Shown piece after piece: positions 29,313 to 39,890 of a DNA stretch of 64,000 nt. A program made the translations under genes and the position numbers. The notes beneath the pieces are model-generated. The model did not search any database. It had not been told where the DNA came from and saw nothing but the letters and a program-made list of their open reading frames with translations. Position 1 is the stretch's first letter. The number at the start of each line of letters is the position of its first letter. This DNA comes from an uncultured Planctomycetia bacterium (GTDB taxonomy: Bacteria > Omnitrophota > Gorgyraeia > Duberdicusellales > 4484-171), in assembly GCA_964635565.1 (NCBI GenBank), contig CAZWON010000006.1, positions 10,837-74,836 of the forward strand, written 5' to 3'.

Positions 29313-29920
29313 AAATATTTTATGATTGTCTTCTCTATCTCTTTAAAAAGATGAGGGAGTTTTTTATTAGCCTTAATAATACGAATCCTCTTAGGATATT
29401 GCTTTGCCAGCAATCTATATCCTCTTTTAAGACGTTGATGAAAAGAAATTGGTCTACTTTCTATTCTGTCTTTATGTTTAATCCTTTTCAAGCCTTCTTT
29501 TACTTTTGTATCCAAAAGAATGGTCAAATCAGGAACCCTACTGAGATTAAAAAGTTTAACTGCCTCTTCTGCAATATCCCTTAGCCCTAAAGCATAACCT
29601 TGATAAACAAGTGTAGAATCAAAAAAGCGATCACAAATTACAAAGTCATATTTTGCTAACGCTTTTTTAAGCTTTTCTTCAACCAGCTGTGTACGACAAG
29701 CTAAATAAAGAAGAAGCTCTGTGTGTTTACTCAACTCTTTATTTCTATTATCCAAAAGAATACTTCTTATCTTTTCTCCTATTCTTGTTGAACCCGGCTC
29801 CCGAAAAACTTTTACTTTAAACCCTCTTTTTTTCAAAAACTTCTCTAAAAAATTGATTATACTACTTTTACCGCTACCTTCTATTCCTTCTACTGTGATA
29901 AATATTGCTTTCTTTTTCAT
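29309..29920 (-). CDS. tmk: Thymidylate kinase
   Basis: P-loop FITVEGIEGSGKSS. DRF motif region. Confidence 0.9.
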   Translation of the reverse strand: MKKKAIFITVEGIEGSGKSSIINFLEKFLKKRGFKVKVFREPGSTRIGEKIRSILLDNRNKELSKHTELLLYLACRTQLVEEKLKKALAKYDFVICDRFFDSTLVYQGYALGLRDIAEEAVKLFNLSRVPDLTILLDTKVKEGLKRIKHKDRIESRPISFHQRLKRGYRLLAKQYPKRIRIIKANKKLPHLFKEIEKTIIKYL

Positions 29921-29943
29921 CTCTTTATATTATTATATATATT

Positions 29944-31377
29944 TTATCTCCTATACCAAATAGTCTGTCCATTAGGTAAATCCTCTAATATTATACCTTG
30001 TGCAAGAAGCTCATTCCGTATCGTGTCTGCTTCTTTAAACTTACCTTCCTTTCTTAAATGTGTCCGGCGCGTTATCCTTTCTGTTATCTCTCCTTCTGAT
30101 AAAACAGATGAAAATTTAGCTGTATCAATACTCATCATACTTTCTAAAGAAAAAATCTCTAATATCAAACACAAAAGAGCTTTTGCTTCTAAGAAAAATT
30201 CTTTATTCTTACTTAAATTTTCATTTACCACACGGATAATATCAAATATAACAGAAAAACCACCCCGCATATTAAAATCATCATCCATAGCATTTACAAA
30301 TTTTGTATATAAACCGCTAAATACCTTATAAGAAAAATTATTTCGCCTATCATTCCCGCTAAGATGAGTATGGCTGTTTAACTGTTTTATAAAAACTTCT
30401 ATTCTCTCCTTAATCCTTTCTGCTTCTTTTACCTTCTCTTTTGAAAAATCCAAGGGGCTACGGTAAGACGCAGAAAGATAAATTATTTTCAAAACTTCTG
30501 AAGAATAGTTATTAATCGCTTCTCTTAAAGTAACAAAATTCCCTAAAGATTTAGACATCTTTCTACCATCAATAGTTAAAAGCCCATGGTGCATCCAATA
30601 TAAAGAGAATGGTTTTTCAAAAAGAGCTTCCGATTGAGCTATCTCATTTTCGTGATGGGGAAAAATAAGGTCTTCGCCTCCTCCATGAATATCTAATGTA
30701 CTACCTAAATACCTACTTGCCATTACTGAACACTCGATATGCCATCCTGGCCGACCATCGCCAAAAGGAGATCCCCAAAAAGGTTCATCATTTTTTCTTC
30801 CTTTCCAGAGAGCAAAATCAAGAACATCCTCTTTTAAAGGAGAAGGCTCAATTCTTACCCCTGAAAACAAATCATCTATATTTCTTTTTGAAAGTTTGCC
30901 ATAATCTTTAAATCTTCTTATACGAAAATATACATTATTGGATTTTTGGTAAGCAAAATTTTTCTTAACCAACCCCTCTATAAAACTTATTATTTGAGGA
31001 ATATTATCTGTAGCTAATGGCTCAACATCTGCTTTAGTAATACCCAGTTTCTTTAAATCTTCATAGTAATTATTTATATAATGAGCTCTTACTTTATGAA
31101 AAGCTTCCTCTAAAGAAATCCTATCTTTAGAGGATAATTCTCGAGCTTTATTAATAATCTTATCATCTACATCTGTAATATTTCTTACAAACTTAACCTT
31201 GTATCCTCTAAAAGCAAGATACTTTCTTATGGTCTCAAAAATATATAAAGAGCGACCGTGCCCAATATGACAATCATCATATACAGTAACTCCACAGGTA
31301 TACATATTTACATAAGGATGATTAAGAGGATTAAATGGCTCTTTTTTCTCAGTAAGAGTATTATATATTTTTATCAT
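29944..31377 (-). CDS. cysS: Cysteine--tRNA ligase
   Basis: HIGH (CHIGHGRS). KMSKS (KMSKSLGN). Zn-binding C/H residues. Confidence 0.9.
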   Translation of the reverse strand: MIKIYNTLTEKKEPFNPLNHPYVNMYTCGVTVYDDCHIGHGRSLYIFETIRKYLAFRGYKVKFVRNITDVDDKIINKARELSSKDRISLEEAFHKVRAHYINNYYEDLKKLGITKADVEPLATDNIPQIISFIEGLVKKNFAYQKSNNVYFRIRRFKDYGKLSKRNIDDLFSGVRIEPSPLKEDVLDFALWKGRKNDEPFWGSPFGDGRPGWHIECSVMASRYLGSTLDIHGGGEDLIFPHHENEIAQSEALFEKPFSLYWMHHGLLTIDGRKMSKSLGNFVTLREAINNYSSEVLKIIYLSASYRSPLDFSKEKVKEAERIKERIEVFIKQLNSHTHLSGNDRRNNFSYKVFSGLYTKFVNAMDDDFNMRGGFSVIFDIIRVVNENLSKNKEFFLEAKALLCLILEIFSLESMMSIDTAKFSSVLSEGEITERITRRTHLRKEGKFKEADTIRNELLAQGIILEDLPNGQTIWYRR

Positions 31378-31401
31378 AACTTAAATAAACTAATATAAAC
31401 A

Positions 31402-31914
31402 TTACTCTTTCTCTGTGTTTAATTTATTTTTCCCTTCCAAAGATGCAATTGCAAAACATATAATCCCTTCATCTGTCCCCAAAATATTCAATCTTTCTTT
31501 AGACTTAATTTTTATATTAACAGAGATGCCAAATAGTCTGTAAAGATAATCTACCATCTTTTTCTTATACTTAGCCAAGGGAGGTTTATCCGCTACTACA
31601 GTGATATCTATATTTACTATCAAGTATTTTTTCTTAACTTTTTCTAATACGAATTTAGCAATATCAGCACTCTTTAACCCTTGTGATTTTTTACCTTGGG
31701 GAGGAAAATAATCTCCTATATCACCTAAAGAAGAAGCTCCCAAGAGAGCATCACAAATAGCATGCAAAATAATATCCCCGTCAGATACTGCCTCTATACC
31801 AAACCCACAGTCTATATTTACTCCTCCTAAAAGAAGAGATTTTTTCTTCTTAGTAAAACGATGAGTATCAAACCCTAATCCTATCCGCATATATCCTCTC
31901 TCATAAAAAACCAC
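31402..31914 (-). CDS. ispF: 2-C-methyl-D-erythritol 2,4-cyclodiphosphate synthase
   Basis: MRIGLGFDTHRF start. Length 170 aa. Confidence 0.9.
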   Translation of the reverse strand: MVFYERGYMRIGLGFDTHRFTKKKKSLLLGGVNIDCGFGIEAVSDGDIILHAICDALLGASSLGDIGDYFPPQGKKSQGLKSADIAKFVLEKVKKKYLIVNIDITVVADKPPLAKYKKKMVDYLYRLFGISVNIKIKSKERLNILGTDEGIICFAIASLEGKNKLNTEKE

Positions 31915-31999
31915 TGTATCGTAAGGAACCAGCCGTCAGTGGTCTATAACTTCTTGAGGCGCATCGTTTGTAGTTTCTTATCTTTATAAATATAGGCCC

Positions 32000-32030
32000 A
32001 CCGCTAAGAGCTAATTTTCTATGCTCTAAC
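32000..32030. repeat. Copy of the GAGCTAATTTTCTAT box element between ispD and ispF
   Basis: The sequence gagctaattttctatgctctaac sits about 94 nt upstream of the ispF start. It is preceded by the ACCACTG...CAGTGGT inverted repeat at 31922..31955. Confidence 0.55.
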
Positions 32031-32706
32031 TGCTGACTTTCTTCATTTTTAAAATTGCTCTTGCCAAAACCAAATCTTGAGGATATGTTACTTTTATATT
32101 CCAAAACTCTCCTTCTATAACTTTTACAGGCTGAGATAGTTTGACTATAAACTCACTATCGTCATAAACAAAGAATTTTCTAAATTTGTTATAGGCCTTA
32201 GAAAGTAATTTTCTCTCAAATACCTGAGGAGTCTGAATATACCAAAGATTTTTTCTTTCCAATGAATGTTTAATTATGTTTCTTTCCACTACCTTAACCG
32301 CATCATTAATCCTTAACCCCACTACTACTGCTTTATACTTAAAAACTTTCTTTTTTAGTCTTCCTATCATCGCTCTATTTATAAATGGCCTTGCCCCATC
32401 ATGAATAAATACATAATCTATATCCTCTTTTACCAAAAGCAATCCTTTGTATACTGAATCCTGTCTTCTTAAGCCCCCTGTTGTTAAAAAAACACGTCTA
32501 TCTTTTGTATAACGCTTAATTAAGGGAAAATATTTTTTCCGAGAAACAATAATTATCTGAGAAAAATATTTTATATTTCTAAAAACAGAATAACTATAAT
32601 AGAATAAAGGAAACTTTCCTAATCTAACAAAGGATTTATCAGTTTTCTTCTTTAATCGCCGGCCTCTTCCTGCACAAACTAATATTAAAGCACACTTCAT
32701 CCACAA
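32026..32706 (-). CDS. ispD: 2-C-methyl-D-erythritol 4-phosphate cytidylyltransferase
   Basis: ALILVCAGRGRRL N-terminal nucleotide-binding block. IHDGARP motif. Length 226 aa. Confidence 0.8.
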   Translation of the reverse strand: MWMKCALILVCAGRGRRLKKKTDKSFVRLGKFPLFYYSYSVFRNIKYFSQIIIVSRKKYFPLIKRYTKDRRVFLTTGGLRRQDSVYKGLLLVKEDIDYVFIHDGARPFINRAMIGRLKKKVFKYKAVVVGLRINDAVKVVERNIIKHSLERKNLWYIQTPQVFERKLLSKAYNKFRKFFVYDDSEFIVKLSQPVKVIEGEFWNIKVTYPQDLVLARAILKMKKVSS

Positions 32707-33698
32707 AGTTTTGTAAAAATTATCCTCCCGCTGGGAGACTGTAATACTGAGGTAACCTCAACATCCACATTCTTCCCGATAAGCCACTTAGCATTTTCTA
32801 CCACTACCATTGTCCCATCTTCTAAATACCCTACAGCTTGATTGTACTCCTTTCCTTCTTTTATTAACTTAAGAGAAAAACGCTCCCCAGGAAGAAGAAT
32901 TGTTTTAAGCGCATTAGCAAGGTCATTTATATTAAGAACCTTCACTCCCTGCAGTTGAGCAATTCTGTTAAGATTGTAATCAGTAGTAAGAATCTTGCCG
33001 TCTAAAATTTTAGCAAGCTTTACCAGTCTTTCATCTACCTCAAGATTCTCATGAGTCTCGTCCTCATAAATTTCTACTTCAATACTGGGCTCTTTTTTCA
33101 AAGCATGTAAAATTTCTATACCTCTCTTACCCTTTTGCCGTTTTAGAAAATCAGTAGAATCCGCAAGGGCTTGAAGTTCATTTAAAACATAACGGGGAAC
33201 AATAAACTTAGCCTCAATAAATCCTGTTTTTACAATATCTAAAATTCTCCCATCAATTATACTACTGGTATCCACAATTATATTTTCCTCCCTTAATTCC
33301 TGGCGTCTAAATCTTACATAGGGAATAATAAGACTAAATTCCTCCTTCCCTTTTAGACCAAGCGTCAACCCTAAATAAATACAGATAACATATATAAAGG
33401 CAGTAAAACCTGTAGTTATCTCGTCAGGGAGTTTAAAAAGAATTAGAAAGAAACTAAACAATTTTCCTAAAATTAAACCTAAAATTATTCCAAAAACACC
33501 TGAGGAAAGTCCTTTAAGCGAAACTCTGCGTGCTATTATCTCAAAAAAAACAATACTTATTCCTATAATCCCTCCCCCTATTGCATATATCAAAGTATTA
33601 CCCTCGTTCCCAAAAAGAGCATTTTCTCCCCCAAAAGAATAGGCAAGAAGTATACAAATAATAATAAAGAAAAGACGAATCAAATTAAGACTAACCAT
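32697..33698 (-). CDS. PIN/TRAM domain membrane protein (YacL-like)
   Basis: N-terminal TM helices, a central PIN-like domain (IVDTSSIIDGRI) and a C-terminal TRAM-like beta domain. Conserved position between radA and ispD. Confidence 0.7.
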   Translation of the reverse strand: MVSLNLIRLFFIIICILLAYSFGGENALFGNEGNTLIYAIGGGIIGISIVFFEIIARRVSLKGLSSGVFGIILGLILGKLFSFFLILFKLPDEITTGFTAFIYVICIYLGLTLGLKGKEEFSLIIPYVRFRRQELREENIIVDTSSIIDGRILDIVKTGFIEAKFIVPRYVLNELQALADSTDFLKRQKGKRGIEILHALKKEPSIEVEIYEDETHENLEVDERLVKLAKILDGKILTTDYNLNRIAQLQGVKVLNINDLANALKTILLPGERFSLKLIKEGKEYNQAVGYLEDGTMVVVENAKWLIGKNVDVEVTSVLQSPSGRIIFTKLCG

Positions 33699-33699
33699 A

Positions 33700-35064
33700 T
33701 TAACCTCCTATAACTTCTAATATTTCTTCTGCTGAGCTTAACCCTACAATATTAAAAGAATAACTCCCTTTATCTATTTCGTTAATATTACCTTTGGGAA
33801 CAAAACACTGCTTAAACCCCGCACGCTCTATTTCTTTCAACCTTAAAGAAAGGTGGCTTATAGGTCTAAGTTCTCCTGCTAAACCAACTTCTCCTATAAA
33901 TACAGAATTAGCTTCTAATTCTTTTTCTCTAAAAGAAGAAATTATAGCACACAACGCTGCTAAATCAACTGCAGGGTCAGAAATCTTCACTCCTCCAGCT
34001 ACATTTAAAAATATATCCTGGGTATGAAGGGCTAATCTTAAACGCTTCTCTATAGTAGCTATCAACAAAGAAAAACGATTAAAATCAAACCCTACAGCTC
34101 TTCTTCTTACTACTGTTAGGTTAGACTTACTTACCAATGCCTGTAATTCTATAAGAAGAGGCCGAAAACCTTCCAAAGCACAACAAATTGCGCTCCCTGC
34201 TACAGGATTGTCTTTATGAGGTAAAAAAACATCAGAAATATTCTTTACCTCTTTTAACCCCAAGGAAGTCATCTCAAAAACTGCTATCTGGCCTGTAGCA
34301 CCAAAACGATTTTTAGTAGCCCTTAATATCCGGTAAGAAGAAAGCATCTCTTGCTCAAAATATAACACACAATCAACAATGTGCTCTAATAGCTTTGGAC
34401 CTGCTAAAGAACCCTCCTTTGTGATATGACCTATTATAATAACTGTAACATCTTTTGTTTTTGCTAAGCGCATTAAAAATTCAGCACAACTCTTCACCTG
34501 ATTAATACTTCCTCTTACAGATTCAACATCAGGATGGTGAATTACCTGGATTGAATCTACTAATATTACCTCAAAGTTATACTCTTTAAAATATTTATAT
34601 ATATTTAGAACATTATCCTCGCTAACAATATATAATTTACTAAAATCTTTATTTAGCCGTTGAGCACGGAAATTTATCTGTTGAGGAGACTCTTCTGCAC
34701 TTACATATAGAACTTTTTTTGTATGAGAAAGGGACGCTCCTATCTGAAGTAATAATGTTGATTTACCAACTCCCGGTTCTCCCCCTATGAGAACAACTTC
34801 TCCTTCAACGAGCCCTCCTCCTAAGATGGAATCAAATTCTTTTATGTTGGTAGGAAATTTTACTGTTTTTTTTTCTTCTATGTTACTAAAAAGCTGGGGA
34901 GCTTCTTCTCTTATAAGGTTATCTTTTTCTATTTCAGTATCTTCAGCCTCATAAAAAGACTGCCACCGGTTACATATAGGACATCTTCCTAACCATTTAG
35001 TTGAATGGTAACCACATTCTGAACAGACAAACATATTCAATAATCTTGTTAGGTAAAAAGACAA
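33700..35064 (-). CDS. radA: DNA repair protein RadA/Sms
   Basis: N-terminal zinc finger CSECGYHSTKWLGRCPICNRW. Walker A GGEPGVGKSTLLLQ. KNRFG motif. Lon-like C-terminal domain. Confidence 0.9.
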   Translation of the reverse strand: MSFYLTRLLNMFVCSECGYHSTKWLGRCPICNRWQSFYEAEDTEIEKDNLIREEAPQLFSNIEEKKTVKFPTNIKEFDSILGGGLVEGEVVLIGGEPGVGKSTLLLQIGASLSHTKKVLYVSAEESPQQINFRAQRLNKDFSKLYIVSEDNVLNIYKYFKEYNFEVILVDSIQVIHHPDVESVRGSINQVKSCAEFLMRLAKTKDVTVIIIGHITKEGSLAGPKLLEHIVDCVLYFEQEMLSSYRILRATKNRFGATGQIAVFEMTSLGLKEVKNISDVFLPHKDNPVAGSAICCALEGFRPLLIELQALVSKSNLTVVRRRAVGFDFNRFSLLIATIEKRLRLALHTQDIFLNVAGGVKISDPAVDLAALCAIISSFREKELEANSVFIGEVGLAGELRPISHLSLRLKEIERAGFKQCFVPKGNINEIDKGSYSFNIVGLSSAEEILEVIGG

Positions 35065-35071
35065 AAATAAC

Positions 35072-35791
35072 TTATCTTCTTCTTGTTTTCTTCTCCTTAG
35101 GTTTATAAAGAAGCTTCCACGGGTGTTTCTTTAAATCATCTAAAAGCTCCTCTGCTTTTATGTATAAAGAATCGTCATAGAGAAACTTCCCTAACGTGCC
35201 TTCTTTTAATCGTGCATCAGTAATAATATTTTTAAATTCAGCGGTTATATCATTAATATTGCCAAGAGACTCCTCTAATTGGTTTTTAATATTGCTATCT
35301 TCAATAAAATTTTGTAATTTTAACGCAGTATCATGAACTGCCATAACTACATTAAAAAGAGGTAAAGAATTAACGCCCTCTATAGTTGCTCCTTCTTTTA
35401 AATATTTGCCCGAAGGAAGGGAAGGGGGAATTATTTCTAAATATTTCTCTCCAAAAAGACTTAAACTGTTGATAAAAAATTTAGAGCCTTCTGGTATATT
35501 TATCCCTTTTTCCACCTTAGCATAAACATATACAACTGGTCTGTTTTTTTCTTTTCTTATCTGTAGCTTTCCTACCTCCCCTATATCCACACCACAAAAT
35601 CTTACCGGCGAAGCAGTCTTTAATCCTTCTACAAAATTAAATTTAACTTTTATCAAATATGTACCTTTAAAAAAAGACACTTCTCTAATGGACATAATAG
35701 CAATAAAAAATAGAAAAAGAGCAACAAGAAAAAATATCCCTAACTTTATCTCTACCAAATACCTCCTTATATCCCAGGCTTTCCTTTTCAT
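35072..35791 (-). CDS. mlaD: MCE-domain protein (MlaD-like)
   Basis: Single N-terminal TM followed by an MCE domain. Downstream of MlaF/MlaE. Confidence 0.7.
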   Translation of the reverse strand: MKRKAWDIRRYLVEIKLGIFFLVALFLFFIAIMSIREVSFFKGTYLIKVKFNFVEGLKTASPVRFCGVDIGEVGKLQIRKEKNRPVVYVYAKVEKGINIPEGSKFFINSLSLFGEKYLEIIPPSLPSGKYLKEGATIEGVNSLPLFNVVMAVHDTALKLQNFIEDSNIKNQLEESLGNINDITAEFKNIITDARLKEGTLGKFLYDDSLYIKAEELLDDLKKHPWKLLYKPKEKKTRRR

Positions 35792-35792
35792 C

Positions 35793-36545
35793 CTAGACCT
35801 CCGTCTCTTTTATAGGACCTTCAGAACTACCTTTCATAAATTGAATTATCCGTTCATCTTTCAATTCATTTAAATCATCTTTTGTCCCTTCAAATATAAT
35901 CTTCCCCCCTAATAAAAATGCTAATCTATCTGCTAATTTTAAACCTACATGTAAATCGTGAGTAACAATAATAGAAGTCACGGAGAACTTACTATGTAAA
36001 TCTTCAATCAAAGATACTATTTTATCTACAGCAATGGGGTCAATACCTGTGGTAGGCTCATCATAGATAATTATCCGGGGATTATAAATTATAGCCCGAG
36101 CAATTGCTATGCGCTTCTTCATACCCCCGCTAAGTTCATAAGGAAACAAATTCTCTGTGCCCTGTAGACCAACTAATTTTAATGTTTCAGTAACCTTTTC
36201 TCTTATTTTATTCCGGGGTATTTTCTGATTATGATAAAGAACAAATCCCACATTTTCTTCTACATTTAAAAAATCAAATAGAGCATTACCTTGAAAAACT
36301 ATACCAATATTTTTCCTTATGTCATTAAGTCTGTCTTTATTTAAATTAGTAATATCGTTGCCATCAATAAAAATACTTCCACTATCAGGTTTAATAAGAC
36401 CGACGATGCTTCTTAAAAGGACAGTTTTGCCTGCTCCGCTTCTTCCAATAATTAAAAAAGTTTCTCCATCATTTATACTAAAACTTACTTTATCTAACAC
36501 CTTCTTATTGCCAAAAGATTTAGAAATCTCCACTACTTTTATCAT
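35793..36545 (-). CDS. mlaF: ABC transporter ATP-binding protein (MlaF-like)
   Basis: Walker A GRSGAGKT. Signature LSGGMKKR. Walker B IIYDEPT. Confidence 0.8.
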   Translation of the reverse strand: MIKVVEISKSFGNKKVLDKVSFSINDGETFLIIGRSGAGKTVLLRSIVGLIKPDSGSIFIDGNDITNLNKDRLNDIRKNIGIVFQGNALFDFLNVEENVGFVLYHNQKIPRNKIREKVTETLKLVGLQGTENLFPYELSGGMKKRIAIARAIIYNPRIIIYDEPTTGIDPIAVDKIVSLIEDLHSKFSVTSIIVTHDLHVGLKLADRLAFLLGGKIIFEGTKDDLNELKDERIIQFMKGSSEGPIKETEV

Positions 36546-36554
36546 ATTTTTTAA

Positions 36555-37319
36555 TTATATAAAAATAAAATAGAAAAAGGCTGTTAAAATACTATCAAAA
36601 ATTATAATCAAAATAAAGGAACGCACTACTGCGTGAGTAACTACTTTCGCTACATCTGAAGAAGAGAAGGGTCGAAAACCTTCAAAACAGGCAATAAAAG
36701 CAATGATAGCCCCAAAAAATATACTTTTAATCATACCACTTACAATATCCTTATACACCAATGCCTCAAAGGTCATTCTAAAATAGAAACCAAAGGGTAT
36801 AGCAAACTTTGTTGCTCCCACAATATAGCCACCAAGAATTCCCAAAAAATCTGCATAGATAACTAAAAGGGGCATAGAAATAACTAAACTTATAAACTTA
36901 GGAACTACAAGATAATTTATAGGGTCTACACCCATAACTTCTAAAGCATCAATTTGTTCACTTATCTTCATCGCTCCCAGCTGTGCTGTGATAGAGGCTC
37001 CGCTTCTGGAAGCAACGATAAGAGAACCTAAAACAGGCCCTAACTCTCTTGTTAAAGATAATGCCACCAGAGAAGCAATATATATTTCAGAAGAGAATAT
37101 TTTAAGCTGATAAGCGGTCTGAAAAGCAATAATAATTCCTACAAAGAAAGAAATTAAAGAGACGAGAGGAAAACTATCTATGCCAATAAAAACCATTTCT
37201 CTTATAAGACGGCGAAAATTGCGTTTACCATAAAATAGCCAATAAAAAATGTTTTTAACAAAGATATTTAGGTCACCAATATATTTAAAAAAACTCTCTA
37301 TATTTTTTATAATCCCCAT
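36555..37319 (-). CDS. mlaE: ABC transporter permease (MlaE-like)
   Basis: Conserved MlaE block TRELGPVLGSLIVASRSGASITAQLGAMKISEQIDALEVMGVDP. Confidence 0.8.
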   Translation of the reverse strand: MGIIKNIESFFKYIGDLNIFVKNIFYWLFYGKRNFRRLIREMVFIGIDSFPLVSLISFFVGIIIAFQTAYQLKIFSSEIYIASLVALSLTRELGPVLGSLIVASRSGASITAQLGAMKISEQIDALEVMGVDPINYLVVPKFISLVISMPLLVIYADFLGILGGYIVGATKFAIPFGFYFRMTFEALVYKDIVSGMIKSIFFGAIIAFIACFEGFRPFSSSDVAKVVTHAVVRSFILIIIFDSILTAFFYFIFI

Positions 37320-37337
37320 ATTTCTTTAAAAAAGAAT

Positions 37338-39767
37338 TTATTCAAATTTTAACACTTCTCTATCGCGCTTCACTTTTATTGTTACAGATTTATCTTTTTT
37401 AATTCGTTCTGAGAGACTTCCTTTAATAATCTCTTCTGCTAAAGGGTCCTCTAAAAATCTCTGAATAACTCTCTTTAATGGTCTTGCTCCGAAGACAGGA
37501 TCAAAGCCTTTTTCTACAAAGAAGTCGCGTGCTTCTACAGTCAACTCCACTTCTATTCCCTGCTCCTTTAAACGCTTATTAACAAAACCTACCTCTATAT
37601 CAACGATTTTCTCTAAGGCTTCTTTATCCAAAGGCTTAAACACAATAGTTTCATCTAAACGGTTTAAAAATTCGGGTTTAAATGTTCTCTTCACCTCATC
37701 CATAAGCAGTCGCTTCATCTCTTCATAGCCTATATCTTCTTTAACGGTGGTAAAACCTAAAGAACCTCTTTTCCTTATTATCTCGGCCCCTACGTTAGAA
37801 GTCATAATTAGAATAGTATTACGAAAATCTACTTTTCTCCCAAAACTGTCGGTGAGACGACCTTCTTCTAAAATCTGTAAAAGAAGATTAAATACATCAG
37901 GATGGGCTTTTTCTATTTCATCAAGAAGGATAACGGAATAGGGACGGCGTCTAACTTTTTCAGTAAGTTGACCTCCTTCTTCATACCCCACATATCCTGG
38001 AGGAGCACCAATCAACCGAGAAACATTAAACTTTTCCATATACTCGCTCATATCTAATTGAAGAAGTGCTTCTTCATCACCAAACATAAACTCTGCCAAT
38101 GCTCTTGCTAAGAGGGTTTTTCCTACTCCTGTAGGTCCTAAAAAAATGAAAGAACCAATAGGTCTCCGAGGTTCCTTTATCCCTGCTCGAGCTCTCCTAA
38201 CCGAACGAGCAATTGCCTCAATAGCCTCTTTTTGTCCTACAACCCTCTTCGATAATTCTTCCTCAATTCTAAGAAGTTTTTCTGACTCCTTTTCTTCTAA
38301 ACGATAAATGGGGATACCTGTAATCTGGGCCACTAATTTGGCAATATCCTCAACTGATACTGTGGGAATAATTTGGTCTCTCTTTTTACTCCATTCTCGC
38401 CGTAAAGTCTCTAATTTCAATCTCAACTTCTTTTCTTCGTCACGTAATTTTGCTGCTGACTCAAAATCCTGTTGTTTTATAAGAGCCTCTTTTTCTTTTA
38501 TTATCTCTCGCAACCGCTCTTCCAGCTCCTTTATATCACTGGGTACAGTTAGGACTGCTAAACGAGAACGTGCTCCTGCTTCATCAATCAAATCAATGGC
38601 TTTATCAGGCAAAAATCTTCCTGAAATATATCTATCAGAGAGCTTAGCAGCTGCTTCTAAGGCTTCGTCAGTGAATTGAACACGGTGGTGGGCTTCATAT
38701 TTATCTCTTAGACCCTTTAAAATCTCTATGGTCTCATATACACTGTTAGGTTCTACTACAATAGGCTGAAATCTCCTCTCTAAAGCCGCGTCTTTCTCTA
38801 TATATTTACGATACTCATCTAAGGTTGTAGCTCCAATGCACTGTATTTCTCCTCTGGAAAGAGAAGGTTTTAAGATATTAGAAGCATCAATAGCTCCTTC
38901 GGCTGCTCCTGCTCCTACTAAAGTATGGAATTCATCAATAAAGAGAATTACATCTTTGGACCGTTTAATCTCCTCCATTACTGCCTTAATTCTTTCCTCA
39001 AATTGACCACGATATTTGGTCCCTGCAATCATTAAAGCCAAATCTAATACTATAATCCTTTTATTCCTTAATACCTCAGGAACATTACCTTTAGTAATAC
39101 TCTGAGCTAACCCTTCTACAATTGCTGTCTTACCTACGCCTGCTTCTCCTAAGAGCACGGGATTATTTTTTGTCCGACGGGAAAGAACCTGAATAACTCT
39201 TTCTATCTCTGTACTCCTTCCAATTACAGGATCTAACTCCCCTTCTCTTGCTAGTTTGGTAAGGTCTCTTCCAAACGAATCTAAGGCAGGAGTTTTAGAA
39301 TGAGAAGAAGAACCTACACCTACACTGTGTGCCCCTCCTAAAAGGGTAGAAATTTCAGCCCGGACCTTCTCTAAATCCACTCCCATACTAAAAAGAATCT
39401 GTGATGCTAATCCTTCACCCTCACGGATGAGCCCTAAAAGGATATGTTCTGTGCCAATATAATTATGACCCAAAGTGCGCGCTTCTTCTGCTGCCAATTC
39501 TAAAGACTTTTTAGCACGAGGAGTAAAAGGAATATCTCCCAGAACAGAAGAAACTCCTCCTGAAATAATTAACTTTTCTATTTCTTTACGTAACACATCA
39601 AGACTTACTCCTAAATTTTGAAGCACAGCACATGCTACTCCCTCACCCTCACGGATGAGCCCTAAAAGGATATGTTCTGTGCCAATATAATCATGACTGA
39701 AACGACGCGCCTCTTCTTTCGCCAATACCAATACTTTCCTTGCTCTTTCTGTAAATCTATTAAACAT
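37338..39767 (-). CDS. clpC: ATP-dependent Clp protease ATP-binding subunit ClpC
   Basis: Two Clp_N repeats. Two AAA+ modules ([16 protein letters not shown]). UVR motif in the middle domain. Preceded by mcsA/mcsB. Confidence 0.9.
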   Translation of the reverse strand: MFNRFTERARKVLVLAKEEARRFSHDYIGTEHILLGLIREGEGVACAVLQNLGVSLDVLRKEIEKLIISGGVSSVLGDIPFTPRAKKSLELAAEEARTLGHNYIGTEHILLGLIREGEGLASQILFSMGVDLEKVRAEISTLLGGAHSVGVGSSSHSKTPALDSFGRDLTKLAREGELDPVIGRSTEIERVIQVLSRRTKNNPVLLGEAGVGKTAIVEGLAQSITKGNVPEVLRNKRIIVLDLALMIAGTKYRGQFEERIKAVMEEIKRSKDVILFIDEFHTLVGAGAAEGAIDASNILKPSLSRGEIQCIGATTLDEYRKYIEKDAALERRFQPIVVEPNSVYETIEILKGLRDKYEAHHRVQFTDEALEAAAKLSDRYISGRFLPDKAIDLIDEAGARSRLAVLTVPSDIKELEERLREIIKEKEALIKQQDFESAAKLRDEEKKLRLKLETLRREWSKKRDQIIPTVSVEDIAKLVAQITGIPIYRLEEKESEKLLRIEEELSKRVVGQKEAIEAIARSVRRARAGIKEPRRPIGSFIFLGPTGVGKTLLARALAEFMFGDEEALLQLDMSEYMEKFNVSRLIGAPPGYVGYEEGGQLTEKVRRRPYSVILLDEIEKAHPDVFNLLLQILEEGRLTDSFGRKVDFRNTILIMTSNVGAEIIRKRGSLGFTTVKEDIGYEEMKRLLMDEVKRTFKPEFLNRLDETIVFKPLDKEALEKIVDIEVGFVNKRLKEQGIEVELTVEARDFFVEKGFDPVFGARPLKRVIQRFLEDPLAEEIIKGSLSERIKKDKSVTIKVKRDREVLKFE

Positions 39768-39844
39768 AATTTCCTCCTCTTACTTATTAAAAGTTAAAGA
39801 ATTAATAACCTGCATTTTATAGCCCTTAGTTTATAGTTTATATC

Positions 39845-39890
39845 TTAACGAGTTTAATATGGACAATGAACTAAAAGCTATAAGCTAATT
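39845..39890. repeat. Degenerate copy of the box element (AAGCTATAAGCTAATTTTTATTCC)
   Basis: Lies between the mcsB stop and the clpC start, about 105 nt upstream of the clpC start. Confidence 0.45.

Noticed and set aside
31901-32104. 67-aa minus-strand ORF bridging ispF and ispD
   Set aside because: It overlaps the 3' end of ispD in another frame and contains the intergenic box element. It is more plausibly non-coding.
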